From NCBI GenBank assembly GCA_902792685.1, contig CADBAP010000009.1, forward strand, positions 7,067-71,066: DNA of 64,000 nt. Reading direction: 5' to 3'. A model generated the notes under the pieces. The model saw only the letters and a program-made list of their open reading frames with translations. It ran no database searches and was not told the DNA's origin. The first letter of the stretch is position 1; each line of letters starts with the position of its first letter. The stretch is from an uncultured Prevotellaceae bacterium (GTDB taxonomy: Bacteria; Bacteroidota; Bacteroidia; Bacteroidales; Bacteroidaceae). Of the stretch, positions 10,257 to 20,308 are shown in pieces. Both the position numbers and the translations under genes were made by a program.

Positions 10257-11226
10257 ATGGAGTTTACAGCAAAACAAATTGCCGAGTTTGTACAAGGCAG
10301 GATAGAAGGTGACGAAAACGCTGTTGTCAACACTTTCGCAAAGATTGAAGAAGGAAAGAAAGGTGCTATTTCATTCCTCTCAAATCCTAAATACACACAT
10401 CATATATACGATACACTATCCAGCGTAGTCTTGATTGACAAGCAGGTTGAATTAGAAAAGCCTACTCAGGCAACCCTTATCCGAGTTGATAATGCCTATG
10501 AGTGTGTGGCTAAGTTGCTACAACTCTATGATTCCATGAAACCGAAGAAAACGGGTATTGACCCGTTGGCATTCATTTCACCCTCTGCAACGATCGGCGA
10601 GAATTGCTATATCGGAGCTTTTGCATATATTGGTGATGGTGTAGAGATCGGCAACAACTGCCAGATATACCCCCATACTGTCATCTACGATCATCCAAGT
10701 AACTATTCACTCCGGAAGTGTTATTGGTGCTGATGGTTTCGGTTTTGCGCCAAATGCTGATGGTTACGACAAAATTCCACAGATTGGTATCGTTACTATT
10801 GAAGACAATGTGGAAATTGGAGCCAACACCTGTATCGATCGTTCCACAATGGGTAGCACCTACATCCGTAAAGGTGCCAAGTTAGACAATCTGATTCAGA
10901 TTGCCCATAATGCGGAAGTTGGTGAAAACACCGTAATGGCTGCGCAGGTTGGTGTTGCTGGCAGTACGAAAGTTGGCAATTGGTGTATGTTTGGCGGACA
11001 AGTCGGCATCGCAGGACACTTGTCAATTGGCGATGGTACGCAAGTTGGTGCACAAGCAGGCATCACCAACAGCATCAAAAAAGCAGAAGCCCCCATTATC
11101 GGCTCTCCTGCCATCGATGCAAAATCCTATATGAAATCCTATGCCGTCTTCCGTCGCTTGCCTGAAATGTATCAACAGATCAATGCGTTGAAGAAAGAGA
11201 TTGAAGAACTTAAAAGCAAATCATAA
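10257..11226 (+). pseudogene. lpxD: lpxD (UDP-3-O-acylglucosamine N-acyltransferase) split by a frameshifting deletion near 10695; may be an assembly error
   Basis: 5' frame MEFTAKQIA...YPHTVIYDH; 3' part in the +1 frame from 10696: [19 protein letters not shown]...DNLIQIAHN. Confidence 0.85.
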
Positions 11227-11275
11227 ATCAGAGTTGAAGCCTCTTCTCGTACATATCCATATAAAACACTAACAA

Positions 11276-12667
11276 ATGGAAACAACAAAGCAGAGAACAC
11301 TGAAAGGCAGTTTTTCTTTATTTGGAAAAGGACTGCACACTGGTTTAAACTTGACAGTAACCTTTAACCCCGCACCGGAAAATACAGGCTACAAAATACA
11401 GCGAATCGATTTAGAAGGACAACCTGTCATTGATGCTGTTGCTGAAAAGGTTGTAGACACGCAGCGCGGAACAGTTCTGGCAAACGGCGATGCAAGGGTT
11501 TCAACCGTTGAACATGGATTAGCTGCTCTCTTTGCGATGGGCATCGACAACTGTATGATACAGGTCAACGGACCAGAGTTCCCGATTCTCGATGGTTCTG
11601 CCGCTATGTATGTTGAGAAAATCAACCAGGTAGGTATCGAAGAGCAGAATGCGCCCAAAGACTATTATATCATCCGGAAGAAAATCGAGGTGAAAGACGA
11701 GAAGTCTGGCTCTTGTATTACGATTCTGCCTGACGACCAATTCTCCATCACGGCCATGTGTTCTTTCGAATCAAAGTTCATCAATAGCCAATTTGCAACA
11801 CTGGAAAGTATGGAGAATTTTGAGAAAGAGATATCCGCTGCCCGTACCTTTGTCTTTGTACGCGATATAGAACCGCTGTTACAAGCCAACCTTATCAAGG
11901 GAGGCGATTTGGATAATGCGATTGTCATCTACGAGCGTCAGACGACACAAGAACGTCTTGATATGCTTGCTGATATGCTGAATGTACCCCACATGAGTGC
12001 CGACAATCTCGGCTACATTCAACATAAACCATTGGTTTGGGAGAATGAGTGCACACGTCATAAGTTGTTGGATGTGATTGGTGATATGGCTTTGATTGGT
12101 AAACCCATCAAGGGAAGAATCATCGCTACCCGTCCTGGTCATACGGTGAACAACAAGTTTGCCCGTCTGATGCGCAAAGAAATCAAAAAGCACACCGTAC
12201 AGGCACCTATCTACGATCCCAATGAGGATCCTATTATGGACAACAACCGCATCCGCGAGTTGCTTCCACACCGTTACCCAATGCAGTTGGTTGACAAGAT
12301 TACCGCAATTGGCCCCACCAGTATCGTCGGTATAAAGAATGTCACTTCCAATGAGCCATTCTTTCAGGGACACTTCCCACAAGAGCCAGTGATGCCTGGT
12401 GTCCTTCAGATTGAGGCGATGGCACAATGTGGAGGTTTACTCGTCCTGAATCAGGTAGAAGAACCTGAACGCTGGTCAACCTACTTCTTGAATATTGACA
12501 ATGTAAAGTTCCGCCAGAAAGTTGTACCAGGCGACACGCTATTGTTCCGTGTGGAGCTACTCCACCCTGTACGTCACGGTATCAGCTCCATGAAAGGCTA
12601 CATGTTTGTTGGCGACAAGGTTGTATCCGAAGCAACATTTACAGCACAGATTATCAAAAACAAATAA
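11276..12667 (+). CDS. lpxC: bifunctional LpxC/FabZ
   Basis: GLHTG, TVEH and HKLLD (LpxC); LPHRYPMQLVD and GHFPQEPVMPGVLQIEAMAQ (FabZ); fusion is usual in Bacteroidetes. Confidence 0.96.
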   Translation: METTKQRTLKGSFSLFGKGLHTGLNLTVTFNPAPENTGYKIQRIDLEGQPVIDAVAEKVVDTQRGTVLANGDARVSTVEHGLAALFAMGIDNCMIQVNGPEFPILDGSAAMYVEKINQVGIEEQNAPKDYYIIRKKIEVKDEKSGSCITILPDDQFSITAMCSFESKFINSQFATLESMENFEKEISAARTFVFVRDIEPLLQANLIKGGDLDNAIVIYERQTTQERLDMLADMLNVPHMSADNLGYIQHKPLVWENECTRHKLLDVIGDMALIGKPIKGRIIATRPGHTVNNKFARLMRKEIKKHTVQAPIYDPNEDPIMDNNRIRELLPHRYPMQLVDKITAIGPTSIVGIKNVTSNEPFFQGHFPQEPVMPGVLQIEAMAQCGGLLVLNQVEEPERWSTYFLNIDNVKFRQKVVPGDTLLFRVELLHPVRHGISSMKGYMFVGDKVVSEATFTAQIIKNK

Positions 12668-12670
12668 GAT

Positions 12671-13444
12671 ATGAATCAAATCAGCCCGTTAGCATACGTT
12701 CATCCTGAGGCAAAACTCGGTGACAACAACGTGATTGGTCCTTTTTGTTACATTGACAGAAACACGGTTATTGGCGACAACAATGTTTTCCAGAACAGTG
12801 TAACCATCAACTATGGTGCTCGCATCGGTAACAACAATGAGATTCTTGCTGGTGCCAGTATTTCTACCAAACCGCAAGATTTGAAATTCAAGGGCGAAGA
12901 CACCATCTGTGAGATTGGTGATAACAACTCCATTCGTGAGAATGTTACCATCAGTCGGGGTACTGCTTCCAAGGGAACCACAAAAGTAGGCAACAACAAC
13001 CTGTTGATGGAAAATATGCATATTGCTCACGATTGTGTCGTCGGCAACGGATGTATCATCGGTAACTCTACGAAATTTGCAGGAGAGGTGATCGTTGACG
13101 ACTTTGCTATCATCTCTGCTACGGTTCTTATCCATCAGTTCTGCCGAATTGGCAGTTATGTGATGGTACAAGGCGGAAGCCGTACATCAATGGATATTCC
13201 TCCATTTGTTATTGCCGGCAAAGAACCTATCCGCTATGCTGGTCTGAATATCATCGGTTTACGTCGTCGTGGTTTTTCAAACGAGTTAATCGAACAGATT
13301 AAAGAAGCGTATAACATTATATATAATGGTACAGGGACACGCGCTGAAGCCATTCAGCAGATCAAGGATACGCTCACGATAAGCCCCGAAATACAATACA
13401 TCATTGATTTCGTTGAGTCTTCAGAACGAGGAATCATCAAATAA
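12671..13444 (+). CDS. lpxA: UDP-N-acetylglucosamine O-acyltransferase
   Basis: hexapeptide repeats, PQDLKF, HIAHDC, GLNIIGLRRRGF. Confidence 0.96.
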   Translation: MNQISPLAYVHPEAKLGDNNVIGPFCYIDRNTVIGDNNVFQNSVTINYGARIGNNNEILAGASISTKPQDLKFKGEDTICEIGDNNSIRENVTISRGTASKGTTKVGNNNLLMENMHIAHDCVVGNGCIIGNSTKFAGEVIVDDFAIISATVLIHQFCRIGSYVMVQGGSRTSMDIPPFVIAGKEPIRYAGLNIIGLRRRGFSNELIEQIKEAYNIIYNGTGTRAEAIQQIKDTLTISPEIQYIIDFVESSERGIIK

Positions 13445-13484
13445 AAGAAGATAAAGAAAAGGAGTAAGGATACAGGAGAAAGAA

Positions 13485-14423
13485 GTGAAAAGCCTGGTAG
13501 TCATACTCGGTCCTACAGGAGTCGGCAAAACGGAGCTATGTCTTCGTCTTGCCGAATCTTTGCATTTACCCATTATCAATGCTGACTCACGACAGATATT
13601 CAAAGAAATACCTATTGGAACAGCTGCTCCGACAGCAGAACAGTTACAACGGGTAAAGCATTATTTTGTAGGAACTCACCATATAGGTGAATACTATAGT
13701 GCTTCTATGTATGAACAGGATGTACTGAATCTGTATCAGCAATTGGTAAAAGATGCGACCAACAACGGAGAATCTTCAGACGACAACTCCCCTATTGCAC
13801 TACTTACAGGCGGATCCATGATGTATATTGATGCTGTATGCAACGGTATCGATGACATTCCAACCATAGATGACCAGACTCGTATTTGGATGAAGAGAAG
13901 GTTAGAGGAAGAAGGGCTACCTGCTTTAGTGGAAGAGTTGCATCAGCTCGACCCTGAGCATTGGAATTATGTTGACAAGAATAACCCTCGACGTGTTGTC
14001 CATGCTTTGGAGATATGTCACATGACAGGTAAAACCTACACCTCGTTCCGAAAAAACGAAAAGAAAGAGCGTCCGTTTCGAATTATCAAGATTGGTTTGA
14101 ATCGTCCACGTGAGGAGTTATATAATCGCATCAACCAGCGCGTCCTTAGCATGATTGCCAACGGATTAGAAGAAGAAGCTAGAAATGTATTTTCATTTAG
14201 AAACGAAAACGCATTAAACACAGTTGGTTACAAAGAAATGTTCGAGTATTTTAACGGGAATATCACATTGGACGAAGCCATCTGTAAGATACAAAGCAAT
14301 ACGCGCCGGTATTGTCGCAAACAATTGACTTGGTTTAAACGAGACACCACCATAAAATGGTTTTCCCCTAATGACGAAACGGCTATACTCGAATACATTC
14401 GAAAAGACCAGTCCTATCAATAG
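13485..14423 (+). CDS. miaA: tRNA dimethylallyltransferase
   Basis: GPTGVGKT, ADSRQ, GGSMMY, NTVGYKE and KQLTWF motifs. Confidence 0.95.
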   Translation: MKSLVVILGPTGVGKTELCLRLAESLHLPIINADSRQIFKEIPIGTAAPTAEQLQRVKHYFVGTHHIGEYYSASMYEQDVLNLYQQLVKDATNNGESSDDNSPIALLTGGSMMYIDAVCNGIDDIPTIDDQTRIWMKRRLEEEGLPALVEELHQLDPEHWNYVDKNNPRRVVHALEICHMTGKTYTSFRKNEKKERPFRIIKIGLNRPREELYNRINQRVLSMIANGLEEEARNVFSFRNENALNTVGYKEMFEYFNGNITLDEAICKIQSNTRRYCRKQLTWFKRDTTIKWFSPNDETAILEYIRKDQSYQ

Positions 14424-14456
14424 CAGCCAACAAATCAATGATAAGAAATCAACATC

Positions 14457-16967
14457 ATGATAAAGAAAATTTTAGACATACTTAAATATATCTGGAGTAA
14501 AGTACGTGCGTTCTTTCCTTGGTACAAATCACTGTACAAGGGACGTGCGTGGTACACGAAGACCGCATTGGTTATCGTATCTGTAATCGTATCTCTATTT
14601 CTCTATTTGGGAATGGTTGATATGAATTTTCTGTGGCTCTTCGGAAAATCACCTGGTTTCCGCGAAATCAAGACTCCTCCCACCTACGATGCATCATTGA
14701 TATATAGCGCCGATAGTGTTCTTATTGGAAAATATTTCAAAGAGAATAGAATTCCCGTTAAATATAAAGATGTAAATCCTGTTTTTTGGAAAGCATTGGT
14801 AGATACAGAAGATGAACGGTTCTATGATCATCATGGTATAGACTTCAAGGGAATCGCTGGAGCAGTTAAAGATGCCGTTACTAGCGATGCGCGAGGTGCA
14901 TCCACCATCACACAGCAGTTGGCAAAAAACCTTTTTCGCGTTCGCTCACAATATTCAACAGGATTATTAGGAAAAATTCCTGGCATCAAGATGCTGATTA
15001 TGAAGAGTAAAGAATGGATTCTTGCTATCAAACTGGAAATGGTTTACGACAAAGATGAAATTCTTACGATGTATGCCAATACGGTTGATTTTGGAAACAA
15101 CTCGTTTGGCATCAATACCGCTGCCAAAACCTATTTCAACACGACACCAGCCAAGCTGACAGCGGAACAGGCTGCTACGCTGGTCGGCATGCTGAAAGCC
15201 ACAACTCATTACAATCCCATCAGCCATCCGGAGAATAGTCTCAAGCGACGCAACGTTGTACTTTACAACATGGTGGAACATGGTGACCTCAGCCGCAGCG
15301 AATATGAGCAACTCAGCCAAAAACCCTTAGGGCTTGATGTACAGGTAGAGGACAACTATGACGGTCAGGCTCTCTATTTCCGCGAATATATTGCCGCATA
15401 TTTGAAGGATTGGTGTGAAGACAACGGTTACGATCTCTATTCCAGTGGGTTGACAATCTATACCACACTGGATACCCGTCTGCAGAAATATGCAGAGCAG
15501 GCTGCCACAAAACAAATGCGGCAAGTCCAGCAGAACTTCCGGAATCACTGGGGAAAAGAACAACCCTGGCGAGATGAGAACGGGCAGCTGGTTCCCAATT
15601 TCATCGAGAAGATTGCGCAACATCTACCTGTTTACAAATCGCTTACGGAAAAGTTTCCCAACAATCCTGACTCTGTTGATTACTATATGAACAAGCCACA
15701 CAAGGTTCGCGTCTTCGATTACGAGAAAGGCAGTATTGAAAGGGAAATGTCCACGATGGACTCTATCCGTTATATGGTCAGCTTCATGCACTGTTCATTC
15801 TTGGCGATGGAACCAGAAAGTGGTGCTGTACGCGCTTGGGTGGGCGATGTTGATTTCGAATCGTGGAAATACGACAAAGTCACGGCGATGCGTCAGCCTG
15901 GTTCCACCTTTAAGCTTTTTGTATATACAGAAGCTATGAATCAGGGACTGACCCCTTGCGACAAACGGCGCGACGAATACATCTCTATGGATGTGCTCGA
16001 CAAGAAGACTGGTCGCATGAATACTTGGACACCCAGCAATGCCAGCGGACATTTCTCTGGCGACTCGCTGCCTTTACACACCGCATTTGCACGAAGCATC
16101 AATTCCATTGCTGTACGATTAGGACAGGAGATGGGTATTCGCAATATCATTAAGACGGCACAGGATATGGGTATTAATAGTCCGTTAGATGAAGAATTTT
16201 CATTGGCGCTTGGCTCCAGCGACGTCAACCTGTTGGAGATGGTGAACGCCTACTGTACGATAGCAGCTGGCGGACGTCATCATGAGCCTGTACTGATTAC
16301 ACGAATAGTCGATCGTAACGGCATCGAAGTATATCGTGGCCCTGACGACATTCATCAGGTACTCCCAACCAAAACGGCCTTCTTGATGCAAGAGATGCTA
16401 AAATCAGGTGTTCGCGAAAGTGGAGGCACCTCACAGAGTCTGAACGGATATGTCACCGCCGATACCGACTGGGGAGGTAAGACCGGCACCTCCAATAACC
16501 ATTCTGATGCTTGGTTTATAGGCGTCAGTCCCCATCTGGTTGTTGGTGCGTGGGTAGGAGGCGAATATCGGTGCATTCACTTCCGTACTGGTGCATTGGG
16601 ACAAGGGTCGAGAACGGCACTTCCTATCTGCGGGTACTTCCTGCAGAGTGTGATGAAAGACCCTGCATTCCGTCGATATCATGCCCGTTTCAGCAAACCA
16701 AACGATATGGATGTAGAACCATACATGTATCAATGCGACTATATTGAACAAGTTGACACCCTTGATGCCGATACTACCATGTTGGACTTTACGGATGAAG
16801 AGTTCAATGCAGAAGTAGAAGGAATGCTGAACGAGATGAACAAACAGTCGTCAGCTTCCCAATCTGGCAATCAGAACCGCTCGCAGGATCCTTCTGGCAA
16901 CGAACAGAAAAAATCCTCACCAGCCAACAAGCCACGTGAGGAACAGGTTACATTCGATAATCTATAA
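14457..16967 (+). CDS. class A penicillin-binding protein (PBP1A-like)
   Basis: TEDERFYDHHG and GASTITQQLAKN (transglycosylase); QPGSTFK, SIN and GKTGT (transpeptidase). Confidence 0.93.
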   Translation: MIKKILDILKYIWSKVRAFFPWYKSLYKGRAWYTKTALVIVSVIVSLFLYLGMVDMNFLWLFGKSPGFREIKTPPTYDASLIYSADSVLIGKYFKENRIPVKYKDVNPVFWKALVDTEDERFYDHHGIDFKGIAGAVKDAVTSDARGASTITQQLAKNLFRVRSQYSTGLLGKIPGIKMLIMKSKEWILAIKLEMVYDKDEILTMYANTVDFGNNSFGINTAAKTYFNTTPAKLTAEQAATLVGMLKATTHYNPISHPENSLKRRNVVLYNMVEHGDLSRSEYEQLSQKPLGLDVQVEDNYDGQALYFREYIAAYLKDWCEDNGYDLYSSGLTIYTTLDTRLQKYAEQAATKQMRQVQQNFRNHWGKEQPWRDENGQLVPNFIEKIAQHLPVYKSLTEKFPNNPDSVDYYMNKPHKVRVFDYEKGSIEREMSTMDSIRYMVSFMHCSFLAMEPESGAVRAWVGDVDFESWKYDKVTAMRQPGSTFKLFVYTEAMNQGLTPCDKRRDEYISMDVLDKKTGRMNTWTPSNASGHFSGDSLPLHTAFARSINSIAVRLGQEMGIRNIIKTAQDMGINSPLDEEFSLALGSSDVNLLEMVNAYCTIAAGGRHHEPVLITRIVDRNGIEVYRGPDDIHQVLPTKTAFLMQEMLKSGVRESGGTSQSLNGYVTADTDWGGKTGTSNNHSDAWFIGVSPHLVVGAWVGGEYRCIHFRTGALGQGSRTALPICGYFLQSVMKDPAFRRYHARFSKPNDMDVEPYMYQCDYIEQVDTLDADTTMLDFTDEEFNAEVEGMLNEMNKQSSASQSGNQNRSQDPSGNEQKKSSPANKPREEQVTFDNL

Positions 16968-16997
16968 GATGAGGGTATCTGGTAAACGAGGAAGCTA

Positions 16998-18236
16998 TCA
17001 AAACGAATAGGCAAAGCCGATAGAGGCGTTTTCCTTTATTTGGAAGTAGCCGTGATGCCCGTCTCGCTTGACGGAATCGTCGAAGCGCGGATAAACGAAC
17101 AACTGAGCAGAGAGCCAGCGTGTCAACTGGAAGTTGAAAGTATTCTCCCACTCCAATTCCACTCGTTTATAGGAAGTAAATCCATATAGACGCGATTTCC
17201 ATTTCAGCTGCTCCAGTAGTTGCCATTCAAAATCCACTGTAAACTGCGAACCATAATCAAACTTCGTATGTTTCCCCTCCTCTATTCCCAAGTGCTTTGA
17301 CAGTTCCAACAGTCGCGAATATTTCAGGTTCAACGCAACAGGAGCCAAATGCACATTTCCTTTCAGTTTGTGATTCAACCAGTCCACGTTGTAGTCCATA
17401 CCCAAAGAAAGATTCACCGTCAGCGGTGCCAGAAAATCACTGTGAAGATTCGGGTCGTTGGCCTTGTAGCCGTGAGTGAACTGCGTTTCTGCCAACAGCT
17501 GAAGAGTATAATACCATTTCTTTGATGCCTGCAAACCCAATTTCCCAGTATATCGCAACAGGTCGTCGGTGGTAAGAAATTGATGAACGGTATCGCTGGA
17601 ACTATGTTGCGCACCCAGTTTCATTTCCAGTTTATTGTCCCATTTCACGCGATGTTTGTTGTTGTAATTGGCTTCAAGGGTCACAGCAGTCATCATCGCA
17701 TAGTTGCTTTGTCCACCTTGATACCAGTTCGACGATACATAGTTTTGCATGAACGACAGACTGAAATCACCCTTGAATTTCCAGAAGTTCGGTTTCTGTA
17801 TCGCCACGTTCACAGGGATACTGCTCGTCACCTGTTGCGCCAATTTGTCGATATCGGCATGTTCAGGAAACGGGATTGATTCCATCACAGGCTTCATGGG
17901 TTTTAGTTCAATCTCGTTCCAGTTGTCCACATGTGCAATGTCCCATTCTGTATTCCTCACCCACTCCGGATGCGCTAAATAGACGCGTAACAGTTGCTGA
18001 TATAACGGAGACAATCGTTCATCAAGCGTGAAGGCCTCATGAGCGATATCGCGATAAAACGTCAGGGGAAAGAAGAGTTTTTTATCCTGAATGGGCGACG
18101 CCATATTTTGATGGTTCTCTGCAACACGTACCTGTGCTTGAGCCAGCGAATCCATATATGCTTGTACAAAATTATTGTTTTGTGCATGCAATACAAGAGT
18201 ACATGTCAACAGCCATGCGAGCCATAATTTTCTCAT
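16998..18236 (-). CDS. DUF3078-family outer-membrane beta-barrel protein
   Basis: signal peptide MRKLWLAWLL..., QNYVSSNWYQGG motif, C-terminal YSF; ATG 18236 follows minus-strand TACCTTTG (18257-18264). Confidence 0.75.
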   Translation of the reverse strand: MRKLWLAWLLTCTLVLHAQNNNFVQAYMDSLAQAQVRVAENHQNMASPIQDKKLFFPLTFYRDIAHEAFTLDERLSPLYQQLLRVYLAHPEWVRNTEWDIAHVDNWNEIELKPMKPVMESIPFPEHADIDKLAQQVTSSIPVNVAIQKPNFWKFKGDFSLSFMQNYVSSNWYQGGQSNYAMMTAVTLEANYNNKHRVKWDNKLEMKLGAQHSSSDTVHQFLTTDDLLRYTGKLGLQASKKWYYTLQLLAETQFTHGYKANDPNLHSDFLAPLTVNLSLGMDYNVDWLNHKLKGNVHLAPVALNLKYSRLLELSKHLGIEEGKHTKFDYGSQFTVDFEWQLLEQLKWKSRLYGFTSYKRVELEWENTFNFQLTRWLSAQLFVYPRFDDSVKRDGHHGYFQIKENASIGFAYSF

Positions 18237-18317
18237 AAATCCATGTAATTTATTTGCAAAGGTACAATTATGTGAGTGAAAAAACAAATTTTCTTTTGCA
18301 TTTCTCTTACTTATTTG

Positions 18318-18325
18318 TACCTTTG
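18318..18325 (+). promoter_or_regulatory. -7 box for yidC (divergent partner at 18257-18264)
   Basis: TACCTTTG. Confidence 0.6.
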
Positions 18326-18385
18326 CACCTTGTTATGTCAATAAGACAACATCAAAAAAGCAAATAATAAAACTATCAAAGAATA

Positions 18386-20308
18386 ATGGATAAGAATACA
18401 GTATTAGGATTTGTGCTCATTGCAGCCATACTGATTGGATATGGTTGGTGGGCACAACCGTCAGATGAACAAATTGCACAGCAGCGTGAACAGTTTGTAA
18501 AAGACTCCATTGCGGCTGTTAACAAGAAAAAAGAGGCTGCAAAGAAACAGATTGCTGCTCAAAAAGCAAAAGAGGCAGCCCTCGTTGACTCCGCAGCCCT
18601 GTTCCACACAGCGATGAGTGGCAAGGCTCAGGATATTCAGCTGAAGAATCAGAAGCTCTCGCTCACCATCTCTACGCAGGGTGGTACCGTGAAGAAAGTG
18701 ATTCTTAACGGCTACACAGGACATAATATCACCCCAAAAGGTAAGGGTGAAGAGAGCAAAGACCTGTTGCTCTTTGACGGCAATGACCAGCAGCTGACTT
18801 ACACACTGGTCGCCAAAGATCAGAATATCAGCACCAAGGACTTGTTTTTCACGCCTACCAATGTAACCGACTCAACTGTTACACTGACAGCTGAAGCAGG
18901 AGAAGGTAAGACACTTGTTATGAACTACCGACTGGGTAAAGATTATATGCTCCACATGGACATGAGAGCTACAGGTATGGCTGGACTCTTCGACCCCAAC
19001 ACCAAGCAGATGAGTGTCAACTGGAATGGTATGTGTCGTCAGCAGGAGATGGGTTATACGTTTGAAAGCCGCTATGCTACATTGACTTACAAAGAAAAAG
19101 ACGGTTCTACCGATCATTTGAGCGAGACGTCAGAAACACGCGATGAAGTCATTGAAGAAGCTTTAGACTGGGTGGCATTCAAAGACCAGTTCTTTACATC
19201 TATCATGATTGCGAAGACAGATTTTGCTTCCAATGCCATGATGACCAGCATCCCACAGGCCAAAGACTCTGGCTACTTGAAAGAGTATCAGGCAAATCTG
19301 AAAACTTTCTTCGACCCCAGCGGTCAACAGCCAACAGAGTTTGAGTTCTACTATGGTCCTAACGATTTCCAGATTCTCAAGAACGTAGAAGAGGAAAGCA
19401 CCTTCGGCAAGGAACTCGAACTGCAAAAACTCGTTTATTTAGGTTGGCCGATTGTCCGTTGGATCAACCGTTTCTTCACCATCTACGTCTTCGATTGGTT
19501 GTCAAAGGTGTTCCCAATGGGTATCGTGCTGATTCTGATAACCCTCTTGCTGAAAGCCATCACCTTCCCGTTGGTCAAGAAGAGCTATATGAGTTCTGCG
19601 AAGATGCGCGTGCTAAAACCCAAATTGGAAGAAGCCACCAAGCAATACGACAAGCCTGAAGACCAGATGAAGAAACAGCAGGAGATGATGCAGCTCTATT
19701 CTAAATATGGAGTAAGTCCGCTGTCCGGCTGTCTGCCGATGCTCATACAGATGCCAATCTGGATTGCGATGTTCAACTTTGTGCCGAACGCCATCCAACT
19801 GCGTGGCGAGAAATTCCTGTGGATGGACGACCTGAGCACCTACGACCCCATTTTCCAGTGGAACTCTAATCTGCCGCTCATTGGCGACCACCTGTCCTTG
19901 ACGTGTGTATTGTTCTGTGTATCCAACCTGCTTTATTCCTGGATGACGATGCGCCAGCAGCGCGACCAGATGGTTGGTCAGCAGGCACAGCAGATGAAGA
20001 TGATGCAATGGATGATGTTCCTCATGCCCGTCATGTTCTTCTTTATGTTCAACGACTACTCCAGCGGTCTGAATTTCTACTATTTCATTTCGCTCTTCTT
20101 CTCAGCAGCTATCATGTGGACCTTACGCAAGACTACCAACGATGAGAAGTTGCTGCAGATTTTGGAAGCCCGTTATCAGGAGAACAAGAACAACCCCAAG
20201 AAGATGAGCGGTCTGGCTGCACGTCTGCAAGCGATGCAGGAACAGCAGGCTGAAATGCAGCGCAAACGCGAGGAACTGCAACGCAAAAGAAAGGGACTGG
20301 GAAAATGA
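18386..20308 (+). CDS. yidC: membrane protein insertase
   Basis: MDKN N-terminal TM, YYGPN, GCLPMLIQMP, FLWMDDLS. Confidence 0.95.
   Translation: MDKNTVLGFVLIAAILIGYGWWAQPSDEQIAQQREQFVKDSIAAVNKKKEAAKKQIAAQKAKEAALVDSAALFHTAMSGKAQDIQLKNQKLSLTISTQGGTVKKVILNGYTGHNITPKGKGEESKDLLLFDGNDQQLTYTLVAKDQNISTKDLFFTPTNVTDSTVTLTAEAGEGKTLVMNYRLGKDYMLHMDMRATGMAGLFDPNTKQMSVNWNGMCRQQEMGYTFESRYATLTYKEKDGSTDHLSETSETRDEVIEEALDWVAFKDQFFTSIMIAKTDFASNAMMTSIPQAKDSGYLKEYQANLKTFFDPSGQQPTEFEFYYGPNDFQILKNVEEESTFGKELELQKLVYLGWPIVRWINRFFTIYVFDWLSKVFPMGIVLILITLLLKAITFPLVKKSYMSSAKMRVLKPKLEEATKQYDKPEDQMKKQQEMMQLYSKYGVSPLSGCLPMLIQMPIWIAMFNFVPNAIQLRGEKFLWMDDLSTYDPIFQWNSNLPLIGDHLSLTCVLFCVSNLLYSWMTMRQQRDQMVGQQAQQMKMMQWMMFLMPVMFFFMFNDYSSGLNFYYFISLFFSAAIMWTLRKTTNDEKLLQILEARYQENKNNPKKMSGLAARLQAMQEQQAEMQRKREELQRKRKGLGK

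Noticed and set aside
10685..10705. programmed ribosomal frameshift in lpxD
   Set aside because: There is no slippery site, and coding sequence is missing rather than just shifted.
11276..12667. LpxC-FabZ fusion (and HisIE, CoaBC) as novelties
   Set aside because: These are well-known standard fusions in Bacteroidetes.
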